A DNA stretch of 64,000 nt from Escherichia coli (GTDB lineage Bacteria > Pseudomonadota > Gammaproteobacteria > Enterobacterales > Enterobacteriaceae), in assembly GCF_013315695.1 (NCBI RefSeq), contig NZ_CP054353.1; one strand, given 5' to 3'. Shown here in pieces: positions 1 through 11,494 of this stretch. The first letter of the stretch is position 1. Each line of letters begins with the position of its first letter. The translations under genes were made by a program, and so were the position numbers. The notes beneath the pieces were generated by a model, which saw only the letters and a program-made list of their open reading frames with translations, had not been told where the DNA came from and did no database searches.

Positions 1-138
1 GGTTTAAGTGCCGCTCAGGTTGACCGACTACGTGAGGAGTTTGGTGTTTACCTGATTACCAGCGGGCGCATGTGTGTCGCCGGGTTAAATACGGCAAATG
101 TACAACGTGTGGCAAAGGCGTTTGCTGCGGTGATGTAA
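1..138 (+). CDS. tyrB: Aromatic amino acid aminotransferase, 3' end (partial, runs off window start)
   Basis: Frame 1 from position 1 translates without stop to ...[23 protein letters not shown] and ends at TAA 136-138; matches the TyrB C-terminus by recall. Confidence 0.8.
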   Translation, partial: GLSAAQVDRLREEFGVYLITSGRMCVAGLNTANVQRVAKAFAAVM

Positions 139-148
139 TGCAGGAAAG

Positions 149-171
149 CAGGCTGGAGCTACCCAGCCTGC
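149..171 (+). terminator. Stem-loop downstream of tyrB (gcaggctgg...ccagcctgc); no clear U-tract
   Basis: 9-bp inverted repeat seen directly; the absence of a T-run makes it a weak intrinsic terminator call. Confidence 0.35.
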
Positions 172-360
172 AGTGAAATTAAACTGTCGTCGCTTTCACT
201 CTTGCTTTATAGATGATTTTTTTGATGCCATCGTTTTACGTGAGGGATAATAAAAGGTTGTCAGTTCTTTTATTGTTAAGTTTATCCCAATTATCTGGAA
301 TTCCTTTCCCTGTTTTTTCGTGTGGAGTAATAATTTTTGCACATCTAACCATTATTAAAT

Positions 361-903
361 TTAATAATAAGTATCGGGTTTGTTACGATAGAATATTTCT
401 ATATCCTCAAGAATATGCTTTGCCTTATTGCCTGTGACTTTCTGAGATTCAATTATAGTATCGTTAAATTCTAATGTTAAAGAGAACTCTTTTTTTCCGC
501 TTTGTGTAAGTTTAACCTTATATTGATTACCAATATCAAATAAAAAGGTCCTGTAATGAGAATAATCACCTTTAACCTCCTCGGCAAAACAGCAAAGTGT
601 GCAAATATACATACAATCTTTCTTGCCTCTGATTTTGTTAACTAAATCAATAAATGCATGAAAAACTGTACTTGCAATAGAACTTGATACTTCTTCTCCA
701 GGTCTACAAAAATCTTTTGCAATTTTTAACTGTGTTTCTATATATAAAAAGAAATCTTTGGCATAAGAAAAATCTTTGGAATAAGAGATATCTTTATTAT
801 TTAGTGCATCTAGCTCAACAGGTAAAGATGTCATTTTGTTGCTATTCACATATGATATATTCATATCATCATCTCCTTCGAGAGTAATAAAATTAGTCAC
901 CAT
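361..903 (-). CDS. Hypothetical protein (180 aa), AT-rich orphan ORF between tyrB and aphA
   Basis: Longest ORF in the 1.1-kb tyrB-aphA spacer; Lys/Asn/Ile/Phe-rich composition; no recognisable motif. May correspond to an extended form of the small K-12 gene at this position (recalled as yjbS), uncertain. Confidence 0.35.
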   Translation of the reverse strand: MVTNFITLEGDDDMNISYVNSNKMTSLPVELDALNNKDISYSKDFSYAKDFFLYIETQLKIAKDFCRPGEEVSSSIASTVFHAFIDLVNKIRGKKDCMYICTLCCFAEEVKGDYSHYRTFLFDIGNQYKVKLTQSGKKEFSLTLEFNDTIIESQKVTGNKAKHILEDIEIFYRNKPDTYY

Positions 904-1075
904 TGTAGGGTAGGGTTCTGGTCAACCAGAAATCATCTTTATAAACTTCGATTGTTTTTGTAATGCTGTATCATTAAGTTCATTAAATCGTACAGCAGAT
1001 AAATGTTCTATCAAATTTCGCTCATTTGCAGAGGATTCATCATAATAAACGTAAAATTAATGTATCCTTCATTGA

Positions 1076-1978
<903 letters not shown>

Positions 1979-1983
1979 CAGAG

Positions 1984-2020
1984 CGGGAGAGCGTGACACT
2001 CTCCCGAATGCTGTTTTTTT
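1984..2020 (+). terminator. Intrinsic terminator of aphA
   Basis: Hairpin gggagagcgtgacactctccc followed by ctgttttttt. Confidence 0.6.
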
Positions 2021-2088
2021 AATCACACCTTTATCCTTTCTCTGTCTTGCTGCAAACTGATTAAGAGAGTTTTATCAAGGAGCAGCAC

Positions 2089-2505
2089 ATGTGGTATCAA
2101 AAGACGCTCACGCTTAGCGCCAAATCTCGTGGGTTTCATCTGGTAACGGATGAAATTCTGAATCAGCTGGCTGATATGCCGCGCGTTAACATCGGTTTAC
2201 TGCATCTGTTGCTGCAACATACCTCCGCCTCTCTGACACTTAATGAGAACTGCGATCCCACCGTACGCCACGACATGGAGCGTTTTTTCCTCCGCACCGT
2301 TCCCGACAACGGAAATTATGAGCATGACTATGAGGGAGCAGACGATATGCCTTCTCATATCAAATCCTCAATGCTGGGAACATCGCTTGTATTGCCGGTG
2401 CATAAAGGGCGTATTCAGACCGGCACCTGGCAAGGCATCTGGCTGGGGGAACATCGCATCCACGGCGGATCGCGTCGCATTATCGCGACACTACAAGGGG
2501 AGTAA
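2089..2505 (+). CDS. yjbQ: YjbQ-family protein (138 aa)
   Basis: ORF in conserved position downstream of aphA; translation consistent with E. coli YjbQ by recall. Confidence 0.85.
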
Positions 2506-2508
2506 AAA

Positions 2509-2865
2509 ATGACCATTTCGGAGTTGCTACAATATTGCATGGCAAAACCAGGCGCAGAACAGAGCGTGCATAACGACTGGAAAGCGACGCAGATCAAAGT
2601 GGAAGATGTACTGTTTGCGATGGTGAAAGAAGTAGAAAATCGCCCGGCGGTTTCGCTGAAAACCAGCCCGGAGCTGGCGGAGCTGCTACGTCAGCAGCAC
2701 AGCGATGTGCGTCCAAGCCGCCATCTGAATAAAGCGCACTGGAGCACCGTGTATCTCGACGGTTCGCTGCCAGATTCGCAAATCTATTATCTGGTGGATG
2801 CGTCTTATCAGCAGGCGGTGAATTTGCTGCCGGAAGAAAAACGTAAATTGCTGGTGCAACTCTGA
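2509..2865 (+). CDS. yjbR: YjbR-family protein (118 aa)
   Basis: ORF starts 1 nt after the yjbQ stop (coupled); conserved position. Confidence 0.85.
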   Translation: MTISELLQYCMAKPGAEQSVHNDWKATQIKVEDVLFAMVKEVENRPAVSLKTSPELAELLRQQHSDVRPSRHLNKAHWSTVYLDGSLPDSQIYYLVDASYQQAVNLLPEEKRKLLVQL

Positions 2866-2867
2866 AA

Positions 2868-2892
2868 GGAAAAGGCCGCTCAGAAAGCGGCC
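2868..2892. terminator. Bidirectional terminator between convergent yjbR and uvrA
   Basis: Hairpin aaggccgct-cagaa-agcggcctt in the 34-bp gap between two convergent stop codons. Confidence 0.6.
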
Positions 2893-2899
2893 TTAACGA

Positions 2900-5722
2900 T
2901 TACAGCATCGGCTTGAGGAAGCGTGCCGTATGCGAAGCTTCGCACTCCGCGACGGTTTCTGGCGTACCGGAGACGAGGATCTCGCCGCCGCCACTGCCGC
3001 CTTCCGGTCCCAGGTCGACAATCCAGTCAGCGGTTTTGATCACGTCGAGATTGTGTTCAATCACCACAATGGTATTGCCCTGATCGCGCAGTTTATGCAG
3101 TACGTCGAGCAGTTGCTGAATATCGGCGAAGTGCAGACCGGTGGTCGGCTCGTCGAGAATATACAGTGTCTGCCCGGTGCCGCGTTTTGACAGCTCACGC
3201 GCCAGCTTCACGCGCTGGGCTTCACCGCCTGAAAGGGTGGTTGCGGACTGCCCCAGGCGAATGTACGTCAGGCCAACGTCCATCAACGTTTGCAGCTTAC
3301 GCGCCAGTGCAGGTACGGCATCAAAGAACTCACGCGCCTCTTCGATGGTCATATCCAGCACTTCGTGGATGGTTTTGCCTTTGTACTTAATTTCCAGCGT
3401 TTCACGGTTATAGCGTTTACCTTTACACTGGTCGCACGGTACGTAAATGTCCGGCAGGAAGTGCATCTCCACTTTGATCACGCCGTCGCCCTGACAGGCT
3501 TCGCAGCGTCCGCCACGGACGTTAAAGCTGAAACGTCCCGGCGTATAGCCGCGCGCACGGGATTCCGGTACGCCCGCAAACAGTTCGCGCACAGGCGTAA
3601 ACACGCCGGTATAGGTCGCTGGGTTAGAACGCGGAGTACGACCAATTGGGCTTTGGTCGATATCGATCACTTTATCGAAATGCTCCAGCCCCTGAATATC
3701 GCGATACGGTGCCGGTTCGGCGATGGTCGCACCATTCAACTGGCGTTGGGCAATCGGGAACAGTGTGTCGTTAATCAGTGTCGATTTACCGGAACCTGAA
3801 ACCCCTGTGATGCAGGTAAACAGACCGACTGGCAGCGTTAGCGTCACGTCTTTCAGGTTATTACCGCGTGCACCCGTCAGCTTCAGCACTTTTTCCGGAT
3901 TCGCCGGAACGCGTTTCTTCGGCACTTCAATCTTGCGTTTACCGCTCATGTACTGTCCGGTCAACGACTCCGGCACCGCCATAATCGCTTCCAGTGGACC
4001 TTCCGCGACCACTTCACCGCCGTGAACACCCGCACCAGGACCGATATCGATCACATGGTCAGCCGCGCGAATCGCGTCTTCGTCGTGCTCCACCACAATC
4101 ACGGTATTACCGAGATCGCGCAGATGGATAAGCGTACCCAACAGGCGCTCGTTATCGCGCTGGTGCAGGCCGATAGACGGCTCATCCAGCACGTACATAA
4201 CGCCAACCAGGCCCGCACCAATCTGGCTCGCCAGACGAATACGCTGGGCTTCACCGCCAGAAAGCGTTTCTGCCGAGCGGGAAAGCGTCAGGTAATTCAG
4301 GCCGACGTTAACGAGGAATTTCAAACGATCGCCGATCTCTTTAAGAATTTTTTCCGCAATCTTCGCCCGCTGACCTGCGAGTTTGAGATTGTTGAAGAAT
4401 TCCATCGCATGACCAATGCTCATGTCGGAAATGGCGGGCAGCGGCGTATTCTCGACATACACGTGGCGCGCTTCCCGACGCAGACGCGTCCCTTCGCAGC
4501 TGGCGCACGGGCGATTGCTGATGAACTTGGCTAATTCTTCGCGTACCGCGCTGGACTCCGTCTCTTTATAACGGCGCTCCATATTGTGCAGCACGCCTTC
4601 AAACGGATGACGACGAATGGAGGTATCGCCACGATCGTTCATGTATTTGAATTCAATGTTTTCTTTGCCAGAACCGTACAACACCACTTTATGCACGTTC
4701 GCGCTCAGGCTGCCCCACGGCGCTTCGACGTCGAACTTATAGTGATCTGCCAGCGATTTCAGCATCTGGAAATAATAGAAGTTGCGGCGATCCCAGCCAC
4801 GGATCGCACCGCCAGCCAGCGACAGTTCCGGATTCTGGATCACGCGGTCAGGATCGAAATATTGCTGTACGCCAAGGCCGTCGCAGGTCGGGCAGGCCCC
4901 CGCCGGGTTGTTAAACGAAAACAGTCGCGGCTCCAGCTCGCGCATACTGTAACCGCAAATTGGGCAGGCGAAGTTGGCGGAGAACAGCAGCTCTTCCGCT
5001 TTCGGGTCGTCCATATCCGCCACTACCGCGGTACCACCGGAAAGCTCTAGCGCGGTTTCAAACGACTCGGCCAGACGTTGGGTAAGATCGTCACGCACCT
5101 TGAAGCGATCAACCACCACTTCAATAGTGTGTTTCTTTTGCAGTTCCAGTTTCGGCGGATCGGAAAGATCGCAGACTTCGCCATCAATACGAGCACGGAT
5201 GTAACCCTGGCTTGCCAGGTTCTCCAGCGTTTTGGTGTGTTCGCCTTTGCGCTCTTTAATGATTGGCGCAAGCAGCATCAGACGCTTGCCTTCCGGCTGT
5301 GACAGCACGTTATCCACCATCTGGCTGACGGTTTGCGCCGCCAGCGGGACGTCGTGGTCCGGACAGCGCGGCTCGCCGACGCGGGCGAACAACAAACGCA
5401 AATAGTCGTGGATTTCGGTGATTGTCCCCACCGTAGAACGCGGGTTATGAGACGTTGATTTCTGCTCAATTGAGATGGCAGGAGAAAGCCCCTCAATATG
5501 ATCGACGTCCGGCTTTTCCATCAGTGACAGAAACTGCCGCGCGTAGGCGGAAAGGGATTCAACGTAACGGCGCTGCCCTTCGGCATATAAGGTGTCGAAA
5601 GCGAGCGAGGATTTGCCAGAACCCGAAAGCCCGGTCACGACAATGAGCTTGTCGCGGGGGATAACGAGGTTGATGTTTTTGAGATTATGGGTGCGGGCGC
5701 CCCGAACTTCGATCTTATCCAT
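2900..5722 (-). CDS. uvrA: Excinuclease ABC subunit A (940 aa)
   Basis: Two ABC ATPase modules (GLSGSGKSS and GVSGSGKST Walker A, LSGGE signatures) and zinc-finger Cys clusters ([25 protein letters not shown]); length 940 aa. Confidence 0.97.
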   Translation of the reverse strand: MDKIEVRGARTHNLKNINLVIPRDKLIVVTGLSGSGKSSLAFDTLYAEGQRRYVESLSAYARQFLSLMEKPDVDHIEGLSPAISIEQKSTSHNPRSTVGTITEIHDYLRLLFARVGEPRCPDHDVPLAAQTVSQMVDNVLSQPEGKRLMLLAPIIKERKGEHTKTLENLASQGYIRARIDGEVCDLSDPPKLELQKKHTIEVVVDRFKVRDDLTQRLAESFETALELSGGTAVVADMDDPKAEELLFSANFACPICGYSMRELEPRLFSFNNPAGACPTCDGLGVQQYFDPDRVIQNPELSLAGGAIRGWDRRNFYYFQMLKSLADHYKFDVEAPWGSLSANVHKVVLYGSGKENIEFKYMNDRGDTSIRRHPFEGVLHNMERRYKETESSAVREELAKFISNRPCASCEGTRLRREARHVYVENTPLPAISDMSIGHAMEFFNNLKLAGQRAKIAEKILKEIGDRLKFLVNVGLNYLTLSRSAETLSGGEAQRIRLASQIGAGLVGVMYVLDEPSIGLHQRDNERLLGTLIHLRDLGNTVIVVEHDEDAIRAADHVIDIGPGAGVHGGEVVAEGPLEAIMAVPESLTGQYMSGKRKIEVPKKRVPANPEKVLKLTGARGNNLKDVTLTLPVGLFTCITGVSGSGKSTLINDTLFPIAQRQLNGATIAEPAPYRDIQGLEHFDKVIDIDQSPIGRTPRSNPATYTGVFTPVRELFAGVPESRARGYTPGRFSFNVRGGRCEACQGDGVIKVEMHFLPDIYVPCDQCKGKRYNRETLEIKYKGKTIHEVLDMTIEEAREFFDAVPALARKLQTLMDVGLTYIRLGQSATTLSGGEAQRVKLARELSKRGTGQTLYILDEPTTGLHFADIQQLLDVLHKLRDQGNTIVVIEHNLDVIKTADWIVDLGPEGGSGGGEILVSGTPETVAECEASHTARFLKPML

Positions 5723-5807
5723 TCACCTTTCCCGGATTAAACGCTTTTTTGCCCGGTGGCATGGTGCTACCGGCGATCACAAACGGTTAATTATGACACA
5801 AATTGAC

Positions 5808-5823
5808 CTGAATGAATATACAG
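5808..5823. promoter_or_regulatory. LexA (SOS) box in the divergent uvrA-ssb control region
   Basis: Minus-strand reading CTGTATATTCATTCAG matches the CTGT-N8-ACAG operator; known to control uvrA and ssb. Confidence 0.7.
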
Positions 5824-5976
5824 TATTGGAATGCATTACCCGGAGTGTTGTGTAACAATGTCTGGCCAGGTTTGTTTCCCGGAACCGAGGTCACAACATA
5901 GTAAAAGCGCTATTGGTAATGGTACAATCGCGCGTTTACACTTATTCAGAACGATTTTTTTTCAGGAGACACGAAC

Positions 5977-6513
5977 ATGGCCAGCAGAGGCGTAAACAAG
6001 GTTATTCTCGTTGGTAATCTGGGTCAGGACCCGGAAGTACGCTACATGCCAAATGGTGGCGCAGTTGCCAACATTACGCTGGCTACTTCCGAATCCTGGC
6101 GTGACAAAGCGACCGGCGAGATGAAAGAGCAGACTGAATGGCACCGCGTTGTGCTGTTCGGCAAACTGGCAGAAGTAGCCAGCGAATATCTGCGTAAAGG
6201 TTCTCAGGTTTATATCGAAGGTCAGCTGCGTACCCGCAAATGGACCGATCAATCCGGTCAGGATCGCTACACCACAGAAGTCGTGGTGAACGTTGGCGGC
6301 ACCATGCAGATGCTGGGTGGTCGTCAGGGTGGTGGCGCTCCGGCAGGTGGCAATATCGGTGGTGGTCAGCCGCAGGGTGGTTGGGGTCAGCCTCAGCAGC
6401 CGCAGGGTGGCAATCAGTTCAGCGGCGGCGCGCAGTCTCGCCCGCAGCAGTCCGCTCCGGCAGCGCCGTCTAACGAGCCGCCGATGGACTTTGATGACGA
6501 TATTCCGTTCTAG
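5977..6513 (+). CDS. ssb: Single-stranded DNA-binding protein (178 aa)
   Basis: [32 protein letters not shown]... OB-fold N-terminus, Gly/Gln/Pro-rich linker, acidic tip DFDDDIPF. Confidence 0.97.
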   Translation: MASRGVNKVILVGNLGQDPEVRYMPNGGAVANITLATSESWRDKATGEMKEQTEWHRVVLFGKLAEVASEYLRKGSQVYIEGQLRTRKWTDQSGQDRYTTEVVVNVGGTMQMLGGRQGGGAPAGGNIGGGQPQGGWGQPQQPQGGNQFSGGAQSRPQQSAPAAPSNEPPMDFDDDIPF

Positions 6514-6551
6514 AGTTAACTTGTGAGTTATTTGTAAAGAATCCATACGCA

Positions 6552-6580
6552 GGCCCCTGTTAATTCAGGGGTTTTTTGTT
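6552..6580 (+). terminator. Intrinsic terminator of ssb
   Basis: Hairpin caggcccctg-ttaattc-aggggttttttg. Confidence 0.7.
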
Positions 6581-6650
6581 TCTATCGTCGGAAAAAGTGT
6601 CTTGTATAAATTGGTGATTTTTCACATAAAGTGTACCTTGTAATTGTGTA

Positions 6651-7919
6651 ATGTTTATGGGGTGTGAGTGCATGGAAAAGAACTACAGAGTTACAACATT
6701 TGTCATGGATAGTGGCGAGCGCTATTGCATGGTAGTGGATCGTGCTTCTGGGCTTCCCATGTATTACCCCACTCTGTTTCTAACAACTCAAATCCGCAAT
6801 AGAGAGGATGCTTTTTCAACGATGTTGGCGGCGGCTAACAACCTGGTTATGTTGTTACGCTTTGTAGAGAGTCGCGACATTGACCTTGAGCAGCGGTTTT
6901 TGACCAAAGACTTCTTCAAGCCACATGAGCTGGATGATCTGCGAGATTTTGCTCAGTGCAAACAAAGAAAGGGGCCATTAACTGTGTCCTCTACCTCTTG
7001 GTTGGCCGATGCGATGACCGATATCGTTGATAACGGGACACAGCATTCCCGGCTAACAACGTTTGCCAACTATTTACACTGGTATGCGATGCATATCTTA
7101 AAGACGACAGAACTGGAAGTTGTCGAAAAGATCAATGCTATGGCGGCGCAGATAAAGACGCGCCGACCATCTAAAAAGCGCAGAAACCACGACTTACAAG
7201 ACAGGTCATTGAGTGATGTTCAATTGGACGCGCTATTTGAAGTCATCCAGCCTAGATCAGAGTTAAACCCTTTCTCAATAGATGTGCAGCGCCGCAATCG
7301 GCTGATGATCTTACTTCTGTTTTATCTTGGCATCCGAGGTGGTGAATTATTAAATATAAGAATACAGGACATAGATTTTAGCGCTAACAGGATCCGTATC
7401 GTTAGGAGAGCAGATGAACAAGCTGACTCTAGAACCAATGAGCCTAATGCTAAAACTAGAGAACGGCTCTTACCGTTGGCTGAATCCTTAGCTCAAGAAC
7501 TGCATAGTTATATCCTTCAAGATCGCCGGAAAGTCAGAAATGCGAAGAAAAATGACTATCTGTTTGTAACTTACAAGAGTGGACCAACTCTGGGAAATCC
7601 TATCTCCAAAGGGGGATATCATAAAATTTTTTCCGTAGTCAGGTCTATATCACCGCAATTGTATGCAGCGACAGGACATTCGCTCCGCCACACTTGGAAT
7701 CGCAAGTTTTCAGAAAGAATGGATGCCATGAATGAGCAAGTCAGCGAGGAACGCCAAGAGCAACTTCGTTCGTACTTAATGGGCTGGAGAGATGGCTCGG
7801 GAACCGCAGCGACTTACAACAAGCGTTTCATTCGGCAAAAAGGTTTTGAGGCCGCCTTGGCATTACAAGCAGGTAACGGCACTAGCTTGCCAGAGGACTT
7901 CAAGGATGACCATGAATAA
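6651..7919 (+). CDS. Tyrosine recombinase 1 of trio (integrase family, 422 aa; start may be the internal Met at 6672)
   Basis: Catalytic signature seen in translation: ...GIRGGELLNI... (Arg), HSLRHTW (His-x-x-Arg), LMGWRDGSGTAATYNKRF (Tyr nucleophile). Confidence 0.8.
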   Translation: MFMGCECMEKNYRVTTFVMDSGERYCMVVDRASGLPMYYPTLFLTTQIRNREDAFSTMLAAANNLVMLLRFVESRDIDLEQRFLTKDFFKPHELDDLRDFAQCKQRKGPLTVSSTSWLADAMTDIVDNGTQHSRLTTFANYLHWYAMHILKTTELEVVEKINAMAAQIKTRRPSKKRRNHDLQDRSLSDVQLDALFEVIQPRSELNPFSIDVQRRNRLMILLLFYLGIRGGELLNIRIQDIDFSANRIRIVRRADEQADSRTNEPNAKTRERLLPLAESLAQELHSYILQDRRKVRNAKKNDYLFVTYKSGPTLGNPISKGGYHKIFSVVRSISPQLYAATGHSLRHTWNRKFSERMDAMNEQVSEERQEQLRSYLMGWRDGSGTAATYNKRFIRQKGFEAALALQAGNGTSLPEDFKDDHE

Positions 7920-9444
7920 CCTCTTACTTGGGTTAGTACCAGAACGAATCCGTGCCAGGGCCAATGGCTACTCTTTTCTGTTGTATGACACATCGTGGAC
8001 ATTGGATAGAAATATCACTATTAATCTTGCTGATATTCACCATTACTTGTCAGATGGGACGCTAGATGGCTGCCTGCGTACACTGGCGTTTTATGCATCC
8101 AATCGTTCTTCTTCTCATACAAAAAATATTCTTGAACGGTTTCAGCACATGCTGCGTGAGACTGACGCGAGAGAAATTACTGATACGGTATTGATTAATT
8201 ATCGGTCGATGCTGTCGCCTGCAACAGAATGGTATCTAGCAACCATCCGTGGCTTTCTTCGATCCTGGCACGAACTGGGCTATCCCGGCATCAGTAAGGA
8301 GGTGAACCGCTTGCTAGATGGCTGGACGCTAAAGGGTAATCGTAAGGGGGATGCGGTTAAGCGCATGGATCCTCAAGAGGGGCCACTGACGGATAATGAG
8401 CTGACAGCGTTTAACGAGGGGGCTGTTCGGGCTTATGAAAAGAGCTTAATTACTATAGCTGAGTTGGCTATAGCACTTGGCACCAGTCATACAGGACGTC
8501 GTCCCATTCAGATCTCGCTGCTTCGTGTGGTCGATGTCCTTTGTGGTAAAAATGGAAAGGGAGAGCCCTTCTATGTGTTGAATGTGCCGCGAGCCAAGCA
8601 GCGCAGCAGCTCTTTCCGAATAAACTTCAAACCATTTGCAATATCACTGGAACTATGGGCAATCCTGAGTGCTCAGGCAAGAAATGCGATTGCGCAGGTT
8701 GAAAATCGTTTGGGGTTTGAATTGCAGGAAGATGACCGGCAGCAAATCCCTCTTTTTCCTGATCTTGATGTGTTAGATGCCGTCCAATCTCCTTATGAAT
8801 TCCGCCAACTGCATGCTACCGACAAACTCCACATTCCCGCCGCAGAGATAACCGACACCCTCCAATACATCGTAGAAAAGTCCGACATCCGGTCGGAACG
8901 TACCGGTGAGCTATTACATATCAATGCTCGTCGTTTTCGTTATACCACAGGCACACGAGCTGCCCGGGAAGGCTTTGGCGAGCTGGTGATTGCGGAACTG
9001 CTTGACCACGCGGACACCCAAAACGCAGGCGTTTACATCAAGAATATCCCCGAGCATGTGAAAAAGCTTGATGAGGCGGTTGGCTTCCAATTAGCACCAT
9101 ACGCTCAGGCCTTTGTCGGGGCACTTGTCGATTCAGAGAGAGACGCGCATCGAGGTAACGACCCTACCAGTCGTATTCGGACCGAAATGGGTCAGGGTGT
9201 TGGTACTTGTGGAGAACATGGCTTTTGTGGTGCCAATGTTCCTATTCCTTGCTACACCTGCATGCATTTCCAGCCTTGGCTGGACGGCCCACATGAAGAT
9301 GTCTATCAAGGACTGCTCAACGAACGTGAACGGGTGAAAGAGATAACTGGCGACATCCAGATTGCTGCCGTACTTGATCGCAGTATTATCGCGCTGGCAG
9401 ATGTGATCATGCGTTGTGCAAAACGTCGTGAAGAGCTTAGTTAA
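7906..9444 (+). CDS. Tyrosine recombinase 2 of trio (about 513 aa)
   Basis: C-terminal region with RRFRYTTGTRAAREG and LLDHADTQNAGVYI (R/H...Y pattern); ATG at 7906 or 7912 overlaps the upstream stop at 7917-7919. The ORF-track start at 7792 is rejected as an overlap artefact. Confidence 0.75.
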   Translation: MTMNNLLLGLVPERIRARANGYSFLLYDTSWTLDRNITINLADIHHYLSDGTLDGCLRTLAFYASNRSSSHTKNILERFQHMLRETDAREITDTVLINYRSMLSPATEWYLATIRGFLRSWHELGYPGISKEVNRLLDGWTLKGNRKGDAVKRMDPQEGPLTDNELTAFNEGAVRAYEKSLITIAELAIALGTSHTGRRPIQISLLRVVDVLCGKNGKGEPFYVLNVPRAKQRSSSFRINFKPFAISLELWAILSAQARNAIAQVENRLGFELQEDDRQQIPLFPDLDVLDAVQSPYEFRQLHATDKLHIPAAEITDTLQYIVEKSDIRSERTGELLHINARRFRYTTGTRAAREGFGELVIAELLDHADTQNAGVYIKNIPEHVKKLDEAVGFQLAPYAQAFVGALVDSERDAHRGNDPTSRIRTEMGQGVGTCGEHGFCGANVPIPCYTCMHFQPWLDGPHEDVYQGLLNERERVKEITGDIQIAAVLDRSIIALADVIMRCAKRREELS

Positions 9445-9460
9445 CAGGGAGCAATAACCA

Positions 9461-11494
9461 ATGGCTGAGATTTTCCTGTTTAAGCCAAAGGCTACGCTGA
9501 CAGCAGCAGAAAACCTTGAAGCATTCATATCCCAGTGCCGAGATCAATTGACTGTATTCGGCTCTGATCTCACTTGGGAAGATCCTGTTTGGCCAAACAT
9601 AACTGTATTTGCCAAGTTGGGCATTATTACGAGAAAACCCATACTGGAAGAGACGCAAGACCCTGCTTTCATTGATTTTGCCAAAGCCTATTTCCGTTAC
9701 CAGCAGGGGCATAGCCTCTCTAGGGCAAAGAATGAAAGTAAAGCCCTCCGTGCGGTTGAGGCGGCTTTGCTTCAAGTAAATGGAAACGCAAATATTGATG
9801 GCCTGTCGATTTCTGTGCTGGATGAAGCAGCTGAATTGGCAAAGCATTACTACTCCGATGGCTCCGCATATCATTGTGGCCGTGAGATTGAGCGGCTGGC
9901 TAAGTTTGTAGCTGAAAACCAGCTTGTATCAAGTGCTGTACAAAATTGGGTCAATCCAATTAAACGTGCAGAGGATAAGAACAAAACGAGCAGAAAGGCG
10001 AAGAAAAATAGGGAAGATAAACTTCCGAGTGATATTGCTCTTAATGCGTTGGCGGAAATTTTTGCCAACGACCCAATTCATGAGCGAGACATATTTACAA
10101 CATCGGTTTTTGCCATGTTGATGTCGGCACCTTCACGTATTACTGAGGTGTTAGCACTGCCTGTGGATTGCGAGGTTTTTGAAACGGATCGTGAAGGGAT
10201 AGAACGATATGGTTGGCGTTTTTTTGCGGGGAAAGGCTATGAGGGTGATATCAAATGGATACCCACCGTGATGGTCGGTATAGCTAAGACAGCCGTAGCT
10301 AGAGCTAGAGTGCTCTCTGAAAATGCACGACAACTGGCCAAGTGGATCGAGAAACACCCGAATAAGTTTTACCGCCATGCTAACTGTCCCAGTGTAGCCG
10401 ATGATGAGCCATTGACGATGAAGCAGGTTTGTATGGCGCTCGGTTTTGCACATTACTCTAAAAAGACGTGCAGGTCGTGTCTTGGTAATCGAGGTTTAGC
10501 TAAAGAGGATGGTGTACATACTCTAAATAGCCTGTGGCAGCACACAATGGCGCGTTTACCGGATGGCTTTCCGTGGTTTGATAAAGACAAGGGAATTAGG
10601 TACAGCAATGCCTTGTTTGTACTGAACGTAAATCAGTTCCACGGGAACAGAGGATGCATACCAGTTGAGTTACATAAGCCAACCAATAATTTCTTCAACA
10701 GTGATCTGACGCCTCGTCTGTCCTTGAAAGGAAAACATGCCAGTATCTTTGATCGCCATGGTTACCATGCTGTAAACGGAGAGCCGGTGAAATTAACCTC
10801 ACATCAGGCTCGACACCTGCTCAACACCATTATCCAGCGCGGTGGCCTGTCAAACTTGGAAATTGCCAAGTGGTCGGGGCGGGCAGATGTGAAACAGAAT
10901 CGAACTTACAACCACATGACTGAATACGAACTGGTTGGCATTGCTGAACGCCTTGATCCCACAACAGCGCTATTTGGGCCTGCTGGCGAGGTGGCAAAGC
11001 ATCTGCCCGTGACTATGCAGGAGTTCAATACCTTAGAGCATGCCGCAGTCCATGTGACGGAGTATGGCTACTGTGTGCATGATTACACCATGAGTCCTTG
11101 TGAGAAATTCCGAGATTGCGTCAATTGTACCGAACAGGTTTGCATCAAAGGCGATGATGCTGAAAAGTTGGATCGCATTAAGATACGTCTGGAGAAATTA
11201 GAGCGACTGTTTTTTCTTGCTGACGCAGCAGTGGAAAGTGGTGAGATAGGAACTGATCGCTGGTATCAGTACCACAAGAAAACTGTTACCCGGCTTCGTG
11301 AACTAGTGGCTATTTTAGAGAATCCAGACATTGAAAATGGTGTCCAGATTAAGCTCCGGGGCAATGATTTCAGCCAGCTTCGCCGTGTTGTCGCAAAGAC
11401 GTCTATTGTGGCCATCGAGCAAAAAGGCAAAGAAAGTGAAGAAGCTGTGATGTTAGATGATTTGACAACTTTGTTAGGAGGTGGCCTTGGCTAA
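9461..11494 (+). CDS. Tyrosine recombinase 3 of trio (677 aa)
   Basis: LTSHQARHLLNT (H-x-x-R-H) and WSGRADVKQNRTYNHM (Tyr) motifs; RBS-like cagggag 8 nt upstream of ATG. Confidence 0.75.
   Translation: MAEIFLFKPKATLTAAENLEAFISQCRDQLTVFGSDLTWEDPVWPNITVFAKLGIITRKPILEETQDPAFIDFAKAYFRYQQGHSLSRAKNESKALRAVEAALLQVNGNANIDGLSISVLDEAAELAKHYYSDGSAYHCGREIERLAKFVAENQLVSSAVQNWVNPIKRAEDKNKTSRKAKKNREDKLPSDIALNALAEIFANDPIHERDIFTTSVFAMLMSAPSRITEVLALPVDCEVFETDREGIERYGWRFFAGKGYEGDIKWIPTVMVGIAKTAVARARVLSENARQLAKWIEKHPNKFYRHANCPSVADDEPLTMKQVCMALGFAHYSKKTCRSCLGNRGLAKEDGVHTLNSLWQHTMARLPDGFPWFDKDKGIRYSNALFVLNVNQFHGNRGCIPVELHKPTNNFFNSDLTPRLSLKGKHASIFDRHGYHAVNGEPVKLTSHQARHLLNTIIQRGGLSNLEIAKWSGRADVKQNRTYNHMTEYELVGIAERLDPTTALFGPAGEVAKHLPVTMQEFNTLEHAAVHVTEYGYCVHDYTMSPCEKFRDCVNCTEQVCIKGDDAEKLDRIKIRLEKLERLFFLADAAVESGEIGTDRWYQYHKKTVTRLRELVAILENPDIENGVQIKLRGNDFSQLRRVVAKTSIVAIEQKGKESEEAVMLDDLTTLLGGGLG

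Noticed and set aside
3141-5302. Numerous plus-strand ORFs of 70-170 aa inside uvrA (e.g. 3290-3799, 4022-4534, 4586-5050)
   Set aside because: They lie antisense within a well-supported 940-aa gene with clear ABC ATPase motifs. They are typical shadow ORFs of GC-rich coding DNA and have no RBS or motif support.
6290-6470. Repetitive [17 protein letters not shown]-type segment inside ssb
   Set aside because: This is the native Gly/Gln/Pro-rich disordered linker of SSB, not a tandem-repeat element or CRISPR-like array.
7792-7905. N-terminal 38 codons of the ORF-track call for recombinase 2
   Set aside because: They overlap the 3' end of recombinase 1 in another frame. A start at ATG 7906/7912 gives a normally coupled gene.
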